Assembly: GCF_018350175.1 (NCBI RefSeq)
Contig: NC_058369.1
Location: forward strand, 11,780,001-11,844,000
DNA: 64,000 bases
Reading direction: 5' to 3'
From: Felis catus
Taxonomy: Eukaryota
The notes beneath the pieces were generated by a model, which saw only the letters and a list, made by a program, of their open reading frames with translations, was not told where the DNA came from and did not search any database. The position numbers were made by a program, and so were the translations under genes. Positions within the stretch are counted from its first letter, which is position 1, and each line of letters begins with the position of its first letter. Below are positions 22,310 through 35,236 of this stretch, piece after piece.

Positions 22310-22535
22310 CTCTCTTTCTTTCTTTCTTTCTTTCTTTCTTTCGTTTGTTCGTTCTTGGAGAGAGAGTGCAAGTGAATGAATAGGGGAGGGGCAGAGGGAG
22401 AAGGAAAGAGGATCCCAACCAGCTTCATGCTCAGTGTAGAGCCCAAAATGGGGCTCGATGCCACAACCCTGGTATTATGACGTGAGCTGAAACCAAGAGT
22501 CAGACACTCAACTGACTGAGCCACCTAGGCACCCC
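22310..22535 (-). mobile_element. Older Can-SINE with a (TTTC)n tail
   Basis: SINEC head in reverse orientation; tail converted to a microsatellite. Confidence 0.85.
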
Positions 22536-22724
22536 TCAACTCTTTTCTAATGGAGCCAGAAGACATTGAAAAAAAAAAAAACCCAGAATTTGAGGCTTTG
22601 TCAATTCATGAAGAGTAACAGGATTCAGGATGGAAGAAAACATCAACATTGTAAAATCAAAGATTGTATGGTGTTTCTGAGAATTATTGCCCACCTTTGT
22701 GCCAGATAGAGATATAAAGTGTTT

Positions 22725-22960
22725 ATTTATTTATTTATTTAAAAAAAATTTTTTTTTCAACATTTATTTATTTTTGGGACAGAGAGAGACAGAGCGTGAA
22801 CAGGGGAGGGGCAGAGAGAGAGGGAGACACAGAATCGGAAACAGGCTCCAGGCTCTGAGCCATCAGCCCAGAGCCCGACGCGGGGCTCGAACTCACGGAC
22901 CGCGAGATCGTGACCTGGCTGAAGTCGGACGCTTAACCGACTGCGCCACCCAGGCGCCCC
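22725..22960 (-). mobile_element. Very young felid SINE
   Basis: CpGs intact; TSD aaagtgtttattt. Confidence 0.95.
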
Positions 22961-24459
22961 AAAAAGTGTTTATTTTTAAAGAGAAGACTTACAGAAAGAA
23001 ACAAGAAAAGACTCCTTGACTGTATCTTTTGTTACTTTGTTTTTACTTTTGAGTTAATCCTTTCAACAAGTTCTACTGTATCTGCTGATGTTTTGTGTTT
23101 ATCACCTTACCAGACTTTGGAAAACAAAAGTCTTGCCAGAATTGAACTTTGGTGAACAAATCCCATCCCACTTACCTTATGGATTTCTTTAGGGTAATGA
23201 TCTTCCTTCTATTTATTCCCAAATCTCTGTCTCTCAGTGAACCTCTTCCCTCACCTCCTGCCTCTGGGTTCACCTCCACTGGTACGTTAGCATTTGCCAG
23301 TTTCCGTATTATAAATCTTACCCCGTGGCTGAAGCACTCACAGAGATGCACAGTGGCACGCCATTACATCCTAATTCCACAATACACATACAATAGTCAT
23401 GAAGAGCCCCAAGAGTACAGATAATAGTGAAGTGAAAGAAAATAATTGGGAAGTAATGGCTTTTGAACGGTTATTACCATTTTAGAGTTTAGGTTCTAGA
23501 TTTTATTACTTTTTGACTTGCTCAATCTTTAAGCAAATTATCTCTAAGAACTTCCAATACTTTCAGATAGAAGGCTCGGTCTCATAATTTGTAGTAATTT
23601 GTAGTTTCATAAGACCGTCATCCTTTGGTTTCAGTGCTAAGAACATCAAGTTAACCTCCCCAACAGTGACAGATGTAAGAAGAGGGCTCAGTCCCAGATT
23701 ACCCTCATTTATTTAATTTTAAGTTCAGATAGTTTACTTTTAATGACAGCTGTGTTTAACAACTGGCTCACAAAATTCCTGAAAATTTAACAACTGGCTC
23801 TTTTGAGGGGGCTTGGGCTGCCTCCAGAACGTTGCTGAACATCTCCCTCTGACCCATATCCTCCAGTCATCTGATCATGTCACTTTCATGATTAAAACTC
23901 TGGGTTGACTCCCCCAGACTTCAAGAGGAAGCCACAGCTCCTTAGACCAACACCCCACCTGTGACACTCTGCCCCCTCTCCTCTGATTGGATGAATTCTT
24001 CTCATGCTTTAAGATTCTGGATGCTGGAGCTTTCCTGGTCCTGGCCCCACTGCATGCTGGCTCAGCATCCATCACAGCATATTAGGACTGTAGCTCTAGT
24101 AATTTTGCCTTCCTCATCAGACTGTGTACTCCACAGAAGAAGGCATCTGGCTTCCTTCATCTTCGCACCTTGGTGTCAGGTACACAGTAAGTGCTCAATA
24201 AATATTTGCATATTTCTGACTTAGTGTGAGCATGTCTTTAAACCCAGACCAGTTCTTTTATGTGTTGCTGCAATAGGTAAGATGCGAATTGTTCAAGTCA
24301 AAGTTCTTCCTTCTATCCTGATCATTCCCAAGCTTTAAAATTCCTCCAAAAATTTTAAGGCCATAATTGTTCACATACTTTCATGCTTTACTTCTATAGA
24401 CCCTTCCAATATGTCTAAATACCCTGGGATTCATTTTTTTTGAATTAACATATTTTTCC

Positions 24460-24651
24460 TCTTTTTTTTTTTTTTTTTTTTTTTTTGTTTGAGAGAGACA
24501 GAGAGCATGAAGGGGGAGGGACGGGGTGGGGAGAGAATCTTAAGCAGGCTCCAAGAGCCTGATGTGGGGCTCTATCCTATGATCCTGGGATCATGACCTG
24601 AGCTGAAATCAAGAGTTGGATGCTCAACTGATTGAGCCATCCAGGTGCCCC
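24460..24651 (-). mobile_element. Can-SINE
   Basis: SINEC body in reverse orientation with a long poly-T. Confidence 0.85.
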
Positions 24652-24949
24652 TGAGTTAACATATTAATATCCTTTGACAAATACAAATACCAGCCCATTA
24701 CACCAAAGACAACCATTCATACTTTGGTATAAATCAATGTGGTGAAAAGTCATGGCCTTGAGGGACTGGGACACCAGAAAAGAAGTCCTGGTGGGGAAGG
24801 AGAATTGGGAAGTGCACGTATTAGATGTTGTGATATGGAGAAAGCACAGATCTGGTGCACCCCCACCCCCACCCTCATAGAACAGAGGGTTGGTTGGGCC
24901 CACTGGGCTTTCATGAAGGTAGGAGCCATGTCAAGAATCAGAAGTTCCA

Positions 24950-25172
24950 GGGTCGCCTAGATGGCTCAGTCGGGTAGGCGTCCGACTTTGGCTCAGGTCA
25001 TGATCTCACAGTTCATGGGTTTGAGACTCACGTCGGGCTCTGTGCTCATAGCTTGGAGCCTGAAGCCTGCTTCAGATTCTGTGTCTCCCTCTCTCTCTGC
25101 CCCTCACCTCCTCGCACTCTGTCTTTCTCTCTCAAAAATAAATAAATATTTTTTAAAAAGTTAAAAAAAAAA
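24950..25172 (+). mobile_element. Can-SINE
   Basis: TSD aagaatca(g/t)aagttcc. Confidence 0.9.
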
Positions 25173-25313
25173 AGAATCATAAGTTCCACAAAGGAGAAAG
25201 CAAGACCAAAGAGAAGCAGGAAAGGAACAAAACACTGCCTAGAACCTTTTTTACGTTCTTACCTCTGTGCCAAAGGTGTGGGTCAAGGATATGCCAGGTA
25301 GACTTAAAGGTAT

Positions 25314-25545
25314 GGGGGCGCCTGGGTGGCGCAGTCGGTTAAGCGTCCGACTTCAGCCAGGTCACAATCTTGCGGTCTGTGAGTTCGAGCCCCGCGTCGG
25401 GCTCTGGGCTGATGGCTCAGAGCCTGGAGCCTGTTTCCGATTCTGTGTCTCCCTCTCTCTCTGCCCCTCGCCCGTTCATGCTCTGTCTCTCTCTGTCCCA
25501 AAAATAAATAAACGTTGAAAAAAAATTAAAAAAAAAAAAGGTATA
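25314..25545 (+). mobile_element. Very young felid SINE
   Basis: Near-identical to the other young copies; TSD aaaggtat. Confidence 0.95.
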
Positions 25546-26239
25546 ACAGAAAGGTAACAGAAGGGAATGCAGCATTTATTCCTAAACAGTTTTGCTTAGG
25601 TCCGCCTCTGACTGCAGCCTCTGCAATTGACAGTGGCATGTATTCAGTGAACACTTACTATGTGAAGCACCGTGGTACAAACTGGACACACATGGTGAAC
25701 GGAGCAGGCCCAATCTTGTGCGTAAGATAGATGACAAGCTGATAAGGCATTTGTAAATACAGACGGATCAGTGATGGGGAAATTATGAGAGCATTCTGGA
25801 AACTCAAGGGGCCAAAATGACTCAGATCAGAGTGTGGAAGGCTTCCAGGGGGTGGAACATCTACCGTCTAACTTGAGGCCCAAAAAACGAGTAGAAATGA
25901 GCCAGGCAAACAAATGATGGGGAAATCCGAGTGTCTCGGTTACCGCCTTTGGTTTGTTCTCTCCTGCCACTGAGATGCCCTTCTCATCTTTCTCTCTTGT
26001 TCCCAGTATCAACTATTAGTCTCCCTGAGTCACTCCTCTCTGTTCTTCTCATGACAGTGGAGACTCCCTTTGTTGAGAACCTGCTGTGGGTCGCATACTA
26101 TGCTTTAGGGTTTTATAGGCAGAGCTCATTCAACGCCCTTTCTAGGGGGTACGGCTTCACAATCCTGATTGCACAGATGGGAAACTGAGGCAAAGAGAAG
26201 CTGGCTGAGACAATTACTCAGAGTCTGCATCCAGCTTGT

Positions 26240-26620
26240 ATTAGCTTGCTAGTGCTTCCATAACAAAGTACTGCAGACTGCAGACTGGGTGTCTTAGATA
26301 ACAGAAATTTAGTTTCTTACCATTCTGGAGGCTTACTGTTCTGGAAAGGTGTTTTTTTTTTTTCCCCTGAGGCCTCTCTCCATGGCTGATAAATGCCATC
26401 TTCTCCCTGTGTGTTCACGTGGTCTTTCCTCTCTATCTGTGTTCAAGTTCCCTCTTTATAAGGACTCCATTTATATTGAATTAGGGTCTGCCCATATGAC
26501 TTCATTTTGCCTTAACCACTTCTTTAAAGACCCTATCTCCAAATATAGTCACATTCTGATGTACTGGGGGTCAAGACTTGAACATGTGAGTTCTGGGAGG
26601 ACACAGCTCCCAATATAGCC
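26240..26620 (-). mobile_element. MLT1 (MaLR) LTR
   Basis: tgtattag...gcttccataacaaagtac...ttctggaggc...cttaaccacttctttaaagaccctatctccaaatatagtcacattctg. Confidence 0.8.
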
Positions 26621-27544
26621 TTCAAGTGGAGCCAGCCCAAAACGAAGTCTCTAAGCTGACAGATCTGAACAAGCCCGTCTCCTCCAAGGTACAGGGAATG
26701 AGGTCTTTTGGGTATGACTAGTCCTATGAGTAAGAACCACCTGTTGCTGGATTCTTGCCCTCCCCACTCACACAGGGATCTGTGGCCATGCCACAGATGT
26801 TCTGGACTCGCCAGAAAAAGGTTGGCAATTATTCCCCACCCCAGTCTCATTGTCAGCAGAGACTGTATACCTTTTGTAATGAAAGCCCTAGTCTTCTAGA
26901 CGATAATGATCGGTGAAAGTTGCAACCACTCCATGAAAGGAAAGGCCAGACACACATCAGAACCCACTGATCAATCCTAGTGCCACTAAAAGTGTATCTG
27001 TCAGACGTTACACTCCTGATATCATGCAACAGATGACACACAACACCCCTTATGAAGTAATGTTGCCTAAAAATTAGAAACTGAATCCAATCAAGCTTCT
27101 ACCTTTAGCCACTAATAGTTTATGACAGGAAATATAGCAGATAGAGTTTGAGTCTGCCAGGAAGGGACAGAGGACATTAAAAGTGGGGCCTACTGCACCC
27201 AGATTTACAGAACTGAAAGAATCAAGCAACCTACCTAATGGTGAAATACGGAAAGATTCCCATTAACATCAGAAATGATAAGAATGCCTACTCTCAATAT
27301 ATACCTATATTGAATCCTTATGTTGTACACCTGAAACAAATATAATGTCACACCCTGGTGGGGGATATTGATAATGGGAGAGTCTATGCATGTGCATGGC
27401 AGGGAGTTTATAGGAAATCTCTGTACCTCCCTTTTAATTTTGCTAAGAACCTCAAGCTGCTCTAAAAAAAAAAAAAGTCCTAAAAAATAAGTTAAAACCC
27501 AACTTGAAATGTTTTCACAATATTTTTTGGTAGATTAAAGTTTG

Positions 27545-27725
27545 AGAGGCTGGCAAACTTTCTCTGTAAATGGACAGACAGTAAATATTTTCAACTTTGC
27601 AGGCCACACTATCTCTGTCACAACTACTTAATTCTGCCCCCAGAGCACAAAAATAGCCCTGGTTGATGAATGGGCATGGCTGTGTTCCAATAAAACTTCA
27701 TGTATAGAAACAGAAAATCTATGAC
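27545..27725 (+). mobile_element. MER58-like hAT DNA transposon
   Basis: ggcaaactttctctgtaaatgg...gcaggccac...gaatgggcatggctgtgttccaataaaact. Confidence 0.75.
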
Positions 27726-27882
27726 AGTAGTTTTTCAACCCTAAAACTATAGTGTAAAAGCATTAAAAGAAACCAAGAAGAGTGTTCCTGACAGGAACAG
27801 TAGTAAGGCACAAGAAACAGAAGGCAAAGGAAAAAGATTGGTAGAAAAAATTAGTGTTTAGAATCTCTTCAAAAATGCCTGT

Positions 27883-28102
27883 GGGGCGCCTGGGTGGCGC
27901 AGTCGGTTAAGCGTCCGACTTCAGCCAGGTCACGATCTCGCGGTCCGTGAGTTCGAGCCCCGCGTCAGGCTCTGGGCTGATGGCTCAGAGCCTGGAGCCT
28001 GTTTCCGGTTCTGTGTCTCCCTCTCTCTCTGCCCCTCCCCCGTTCATGCTCTGTCTCTCTCTGTCCTAAAAATAAATAAACGTTGAAAAAAAATTTAAAA
28101 AA
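27883..28102 (+). mobile_element. Very young felid SINE
   Basis: CpGs intact; TSD aaaaatgcctgt. Confidence 0.95.
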
Positions 28103-28234
28103 AAATGCCTGTAAGTGAATAAGGAAAATGAAGAAAGGCTTTGGAAAGATATATTAAAAGGAGGAAACTCATATGGTTGATAACCAATGGAGATTTTTTC
28201 AACACCACTAGTTATTAGGGGAATGCAAATTAAA

Positions 28235-28480
28235 AAAAAATTTAATACTTATTTATTTTTGAGAGACAGAGAGAGACAGAGCACAAGTAGGGGAGGGGCA
28301 GAAAGAGGGAGACACAGAATCCGAAGCAGGCTCCAGGCTCTGAGCTGTCAGCACAGAGCCCGACACAGGGCTTGAACCCATGAACCGTGAGATCATGACC
28401 TGAGCAGAAGAATCCATGAACCGTGAGATCATGACCTGAGCCGAAGTTGGACTCTTAACCAACTGAGCCACCCAGCTGCT
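28235..28480 (-). mobile_element. Can-SINE with an internal tandem duplication
   Basis: ccatgaaccgtgagatcatgacctgagc occurs at 28378 and 28414. Confidence 0.9.
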
Positions 28481-28655
28481 TCTAGGGGAATACAAATTAA
28501 AGCCACAATGGAAGACCACCTGGCAACCATATTGGCAAAATTAAGTTTTACATGATCAAGCGTTAGTTAGTGAGGGTGTGGGGAAATAAATCCTCTGACA
28601 CACAGGTGCTGGGAGCATGAATTAGCACAGCCACTTGGGAGTTTAATTTGGCAAT

Positions 28656-28894
28656 TCTTTTTTTTTTTTTTTAAATTTTTTTTTTTTTTACATTTATTTA
28701 TTTTTTTTTTGAGACAGAGAGAGACAGAGCATGAACGGGGGAGGGGCAGAGAGAAAGGGAGACAGAATCGGAAGCAGGCTCCAGGCTCTGAGCCATCAGC
28801 CCAGAGTCCAACGCGGGGCTCGAACTCACGGACTGCGAGATAGTGAACCAGGCCGAAGTCGGACGCTCAACCGACTGAGCCACCCAGGCGCCCC
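28656..28894 (-). mobile_element. Felid SINE inserted in an L1 remnant
   Basis: TSD ttggcaattctt. Confidence 0.92.
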
Positions 28895-29799
28895 TTGGCA
28901 ATTCTTCTTAAATTTAAGAATCATATTTCCTATGCCCTGATCATCTCACTACTTAATTTGTATCTGATAGTGCCTGTGGATAGTAGATGACATACAAAGG
29001 TATGTATTGCATTCTTCCTAATAAAGGTGAAAAATTGTAAGCAGCTGAGGTGCTTATCAGTTAAACATACACTGTGCATATTCATAAAATTGAATATTAA
29101 ACTGATTTTATAAAAATGGGGTGGTTCTATAGCAGTGGTTCTCACCTAGGGGCGATTTTGACACTGTCTGGAGACATTTTTGTTGTAATTGGGGTGGGGA
29201 GGCTACTGGCATCTAGCAGGTAGAGACTTTGGGTGATGATGTAAAACTTACTGCAATGTACAGGACAACCCCCACCACAATGAATGGCCCAACCCAAATG
29301 TCAATACTGCCAGGGACCGGAGACCTTGGTCTCTATAAACTAACACGGATTTCACTTAACAATGCTGAGGAAAAACAAAAACAAAAACAAACAACAACAA
29401 CAACAAAAACACACAAGTGACAGAAAGATATCTATCTTAAACCATAGCAAAAACTCATAAGAGTAATCTTATGGATTTGTGTTTGTTCACATGGTCACAT
29501 GCATACAAAGGTCTGGAAAGATGCCCATCAAATTCGTCATCATGATTGAATGGGTGGCCATTGCATGACTTTTAGCCTTATTTGTGGCATTTCAATTATT
29601 TAATAAGGAGATACAAATAGTTGTGGGTTTTTTCATGTTTTAAATCCTTAAAAAAGACATTTAATTGGGCAAATGACCTGGATAGGGAAAGAAAGATGAA
29701 GATCAAGAGGGCACGTTAGGCAGACTCTTTGGCCCCAGTGGGCCGTGGCAGGATTACTCTCCTGTCAACATCAGAAGCCAGGGCCCCAAATTCCAAATT

Positions 29800-30184
29800 T
29801 GCAGAGAATTAGACTCTACTTGAGTCCCTGAGAAGCTCAGGTAATTGACTTACTCCTGGTAGGCAGGGAGGGAAGGAAAGTGAGGACATACTCTCTCTGA
29901 GGTTGCCCCCTCCCTTATAGGGTCCCAAGGGGTTCCAGCATCCCTGTAGCAGAGGCAGAGGCAGTAGGACCACAGTGAGAGAAGGTAGCAGGTGGGAGCC
30001 CAGGCGGCATAAATAATGGTGGTCATGCTCAGGTAAACTCCCCTGCCTAGCTGGCAGGCTCAGAGTGGAAACTCCTTGCCTTGCCGCCCAGCCCTCACCT
30101 ATACAACCCTTATCTTCAGAGAAACACTAACTCAGGACCTCCTGCTGGAGTGAGTCAGAGACAGATGCAAAGCCTTGACCCCAG
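29800..30184 (+). promoter_or_regulatory. Candidate promoter and 5' non-coding exons of the OR10H gene at 35737
   Basis: Homeodomain sites AATTAG 29807 and TAATTG 29842; O/E-like TCCCTGAGA 29825 and TCCCAAGGGG 29923; donors at 29841, 30033 and 30185; 65-nt exon 30120-30184; about 5.6 kb upstream of the ATG. Confidence 0.45.
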
Positions 30185-31308
30185 GTGAGTCACCTTCCCC
30201 ACGTTCCACCTGGATAGGAGAGACCTGTGGAACCAGCATCTGTCCTAGGCTCAGCGAAGCTACCGTGTTTACATAATCCTTTGTACAGTTTGAGTCTATG
30301 GCATGTGGGCAGCAGGTGGGGTTCCTCTTCCTAGCTTCAAGGCAGTGGGATGATTGCTCCACAGGCATTATCTTTTTTTGGAGCTCACATTGCCTTACGA
30401 GGGAGGCTCATCGGATAGGTGAGAAACTGAGGCTCAGAGACAGAAGAGCTGCCACTCAAAGTTAGCCAGGATACCTGTCTGGCTCTTCACCTCTCTCCTC
30501 TCTGTCCTGCCCAGAAACAAATAGTAAAGGACCAGGGAGAGGCAGAGAAAAGACAGAGATAGGAGGATTCAGGATTGAGAGGCTCTTCCAGCCACCTCCG
30601 GGGGTGTAAACAATCAGGGAGGCCCTAGGGACAGATGGAGTGATGGTGAGCAGTTAAGGATGGAAAGAGGGAGAGATAAGGCAGGTAGGAGATGGCTGAG
30701 GTGGGAAGGAGGTTGCAGGGAAGGGAAACCAAGGAGGTTCACTAAAAGGAGACAGCCAGGATGGGGGCAGACAGGTAAGGCAAGATGGAGGTCTGAGTGA
30801 CAAGAGAGACCTAGCCTGTGGTTCTCAGAAGGGGCACTTCTTTCCTCCAAGAGGCATATGACAATGTGCGAAGATACTTTTGGTTATCACAACTGAGAGG
30901 TGCTACTGGCATCTGTTGGGTACCAGAGATGCACCTCAACATCCTGCAAAGTACACACAGTCCCCACCATGAAGAGTGATCCAGCCCCAAATGTCCCTAA
31001 TGCTGAAGTCAGGAGACCTGGCCCTAGGGGTGTATGTGGGCAGGAGGTGGCCCCATCATTGCTTTGTCTATGTTCCAGTTAGCCAGATCACACACACTCT
31101 CTCTCTCTGGGCCCGTTTGGTTTACTTACAGAGGAATTCTCCAGGTGGTTTCCTAGTAGATCAATGCCAGGAGGGTTTTAGTTCCTCTCTCTGCTGTCCT
31201 GGACCCACACCTATAATGGCTTCTTTTTACTTAAAAAAATTAATGGGATTCACATTTTAGAGCAGTTTTAGGTTTATAAAAAAATGAGCAGATGGTGCAG
31301 AGAATTCT

Positions 31309-31737
31309 TTTTTAAAAAATATATATTTATTTATTTTGAGAAAAAGGAAGAAAGAAGGGGAGGGGCAGAGGGAGAAAGAGAGAGTCCCAAGCAGGCTCTG
31401 CCCTGTCAGCGTAGAGCCCCACACAGGGCTCAATCTCACAACCATGAGATCATGACCTGTGCCGAAATCACTAGTTGGATGCTCAACCAACTGAGACACC
31501 CAGGCACCCCAGATAGTGCAGAGAATTATTTAAAAATTTTTTTAATGTTTATTTTTGAGAGAGAGACAGAGTGCGAGAGGGGAAGGGGTAGAGAGGGAGG
31601 GAGACACAGAATTCAAAGCAGGCTCCAGGCTCTGAGCTGTCAGCACAGAGCCCGTTGCGGGGTTCAAACCCACGACCGGCGAGATCATGACCTGAGCCAA
31701 AGTCAGACGCTTAACCATTGGAGCCACCAGGCATCCC
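31309..31737 (-). mobile_element. Two tandem Can-SINEs sharing one target site
   Basis: SINEs 31309-31510 and 31530-31737; target sequence agat(a/g)gtgcag(a/t)gaatt at 31290, 31511 and 31738. Confidence 0.9.
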
Positions 31738-33389
31738 AGATAGTGCAGTGAATTCTTATAGATGCTCTCTCTCCCTGCACCCAATATTTCCCATTAATAT
31801 CCTGCATTAGTGAGGTGCCTCTGTTAAAGTTGCTGAGCTAATATTGGCACATTATTAAGAAAGGCCCACAGTTTACATTAGGTTTTGCTGTTTGTATTGT
31901 ACATTCTATGAGTTTTGACAAATGCACAGCATCAGGTATCCACCATTACAAGAGTTCACCAGCTTAACAACCATTGTCCCCAAGTCCGAGTTCCACCCAT
32001 TTGTCCCTTGCTCTCTCTGCCACTGAGCCACTGGCAACCACCAATCTTTTCACTGTGTCCATAGTTCAGCCTTTTCCAGAAAAAACGGGCACCTTTCTAA
32101 CCACATTCTGCACCCCCATCATTCCAGAGGGTGATATATGCAGCCCTGGACCACCTCCTCAGGGCATGGTGACTTCTTGTCTTCTCATACATCCTCTCCC
32201 TTTTTTGAGATCTTAACTGATACGGGGAGGGAGTGTGTGAATTGTCCAGCATGGGGAAGCTGACATTTCCCTGATCCTGGGAGTGGCCTCTGGCATTCAT
32301 TAACAGCCACCAGTAAGTGGTGAATATGACAGAGAGGTTAGGAAGAGAGAAGCTTTGGGGTCATTCAAATGTATTTAATCTTTACTCCAACATTATAAGG
32401 TACCTGCTATGATCCCCATTTTATAGATGTGGCTGCTAAATCCCACAGATGACACATCACTTGCCCAAGGGACCATGGCTCTGAAATAAGGAAGCCAGAA
32501 TCTGAACCTAACATCTAACAAAGGGTAGCTATTCTCATCGAGAACTCAAAATCCAGTGCCAGAGACAGTCACACCTCCAGCATGACACATTATGATGAGG
32601 GTCATGATAAAGTTAGGATCAAGGAGTTTTAAACTCATTCAAGAGTCATTGTTTTGGAAGCAGGCAGGAATGAGTGATTAAATCTGCTTTGGGAAGAGAA
32701 TGTCCGGGAGGACATTTAAATGGAATCTTAAAGATAAACAGGCATTTGCTGGGCAGAGAAGGGAAGGAACCAAGACTGGGGAGCATGCCAAAAACTTGTA
32801 ACTGCAGCCTCTAGGTCATTGGTTCTCCACTGGGGTTGACTTTGGCAATGCCTGGAGACATTTTTTGTTGTCACGGGGGCTGGTAGTGGCCAAGGATGCA
32901 GCTAAACACTTTACAGTGCACAGAACACCCACCCCCCTCCCCATAGCAGAGAATGATCTGGTTCCCAAAGTCAAGAGTCCCACAGTTGAGAAACCTTGCT
33001 CTAGATGTTGGAGACCCATTGGAGGTTTGTGAGTACCATCCACATGACCCTGCTCTCACCCATTTAGCCTCTTCTCAGAGGCTCTGGTTTCCATGTTGTT
33101 GACCTTTGACTCATCCCTCTGAGATCTCAGAGCGGCAGGACTGACTGGGGGGTTGTTGGAGACACAATCCTGGGGAGCTCGGGCAGGTGCTGCCCCAAAA
33201 GTGGAGAAAGGATATGAGGGACTCCAGGGAAGGGAAACCAAGAAACTCTGGAAACTGGTGATATTTGGGGAATGCAGCCTCCAGTCACCAATGCAGTTGT
33301 TCCCTTCTTTATCTCTCACTACTAGCCTGTCAGGGCTTGATCAGGGACCTGCACCCACCTAATAGGGCACTTACTACTTTTTACCCCTA

Positions 33390-33910
33390 TTTTTTTTTAT
33401 TGCCGTAGAATACGCATAACATAAAATCTGCCATTTTAGCCATTTTATAGCATACAGTTCAGTGCCATTAATTACATTCACAGTGTTGTGAACCAACCAC
33501 CTCTGTCTGGTTCCAGAGCTTTCTCATCAACCCAAAAAGAAACCCTGTGTTTGTTAGCAGTCATTCCCAANNNNNNNNNNNNNNNNNNNNNNNNNNNNNN
33601 NNNNNNNNNNNNNNNNNNNNNNNNNNNNNNNNNNNNNNNNNNNNNNNNNNNNNNNNNNNNNNNNNNNNNNNNNNNNNNNNNNNNNNNNNNNNNNNNNNNN
33701 NNNGACAATATGTGGTTTATCCATACAACAGAGTACTGGTCAACCATGGAAAAGCAACCAGGTTCTCAGAATGTTACATGCTATAACGTGGGTGAGCCTC
33801 AAAAACAGTACACAGAACGAAAGAAGCCAGACCCCAAAGGCCACATACTGTATGATTTCATTTCGATGAATGTCCAGAACAGGCAAATAGAGATGGAAAG
33901 CAGATTGGGG
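33390..33910. mobile_element. L1MB-like 3' end with two opposite-orientation parts separated by an N gap
   Basis: 33390-33570 reads as the L1 terminus on the minus strand; 33704-33910 reads as the adjacent upstream L1 segment on the plus strand. Confidence 0.7.
33571..33703. other. N gap (133 nt)
   Basis: Run of N. Confidence 0.99.
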
Positions 33911-34065
33911 ATTTATAGCCTTTAAAACTTTATACTGCCTAATAAAAAAGATCATTTAAAAATGGTGAAGTTATTCATGAAGAGACACTGAAATCTCATG
34001 AAATTGAAGTTATTTGCTGATCACAGACTATGTACATTTGCTCACTTAGTGTGTTGATTTAATTA

Positions 34066-34283
34066 CTTTTTTTAAAATTTTTTTCTAACGTTTATTTTTG
34101 AGACAGAGAGAGACAGAGCATGAACAGGGGAGGGTCAGAGAGAGGGAGACACAGAATCCGAAACAGGCTCCAGGCTCTGAGCTGTCAGCACAGAGCCCGA
34201 CGCGGGGCTCGAACTCACGGACCGCGAGATCATGACCTGAGCCGAAGTCGGCCACTTAACCGACTGAGCCACCCAGGCGCCCC
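34066..34283 (-). mobile_element. Felid SINE
   Basis: TSD tgatttaatt. Confidence 0.92.
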
Positions 34284-34974
34284 TGATTTAATTTTTATAG
34301 GGAGCACTTGCTGGGTGTCAGGTCACATTCCAAGAATAACTGATTTATTTCTCAAAACAATGCTGAGGGAGGCAGGGGAACATGGAGGTACAGAGAGATG
34401 AAGAGACACGCTCACTTTTACACAGTTGGCAGAACAGGAATTCAGGTTGGCTCCCACGTCCCTTTGTCGGATGTCTATGTTGCATTGTCCTAGAATATAC
34501 GGATGTGCCTCATGGGAGCTGGAAAACACCCAGAGTGTTACTTCTACACAGCCTCTTACCTCTGACTCCCTAAAGAGATACCTCCAGAGAAAGAATCTGA
34601 TTTGTATTAAGTTAGAAATGCCTGCCGGTCCAAGGATTATAGACATGGGGTAGGGGTGTCTTGTGGTTACTGAGCTATGTGAAGAACAGGATTTATCAGA
34701 AGGGAGTAGAAGGATACAATGACAATGGCTGGAAGCTCCAGGGGAGGAATGTTTTCATTCTGGGAGGCAACCCAGAAGGATAGTGAAAGGCACAGTCTTT
34801 AGAGTCAGCCAGGCATAGGTTCAAGTCTTAGCTCTGCCATTTTGACAGCTTCACCTAGAGTAAGTTGCCTAACTTCCATGCACACCAATATTCTCGTGAG
34901 TCTGCTCAAGATGCTCAAAATGCAAGTGATAAAAACAGCACCTCTGTTACTAGGTTAATGAGAGGGTTAAATCT

Positions 34975-35190
34975 TTTTTTTTTTAATGTTTTTTTATTTA
35001 TTTTTGCGACAAAGAGAGACAGAACATGAGCAGGGGAGGGCCAGAGAGAGAGGGAGACACAGAATCGGAAGCAGGCTCCAGGCTCTGAGCTGTCAGCACA
35101 AAGCCCGATGTGGGGCTCGAACCCACAGACTGTGAGATCATGACCTGAGCCGAAGTCGGGCGCCCAACCGACGAGCCACCCAGGTGCCCC
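34975..35190 (-). mobile_element. Felid SINE
   Basis: 16-bp TSD gagagggttaaatctt. Confidence 0.95.
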
Positions 35191-35236
35191 GAGAGGGTTA
35201 AATCTTAAGAGGCACAGAGTGGGAACTCAGTCAGTG

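Noticed and set aside
22687-23019. Recurring ORFs such as GQRETEHERGRGRERGRHRIGNRLQALSHQPRARRGARTH and MAQSVKRPTSAQV
   Set aside because: Translations of Can-SINE sequence, not genes
22980-23200. Three strong minus-strand splice donors in unique sequence
   Set aside because: No consistent acceptors or reading frame could be assembled; a non-coding transcript cannot be supported from sequence alone
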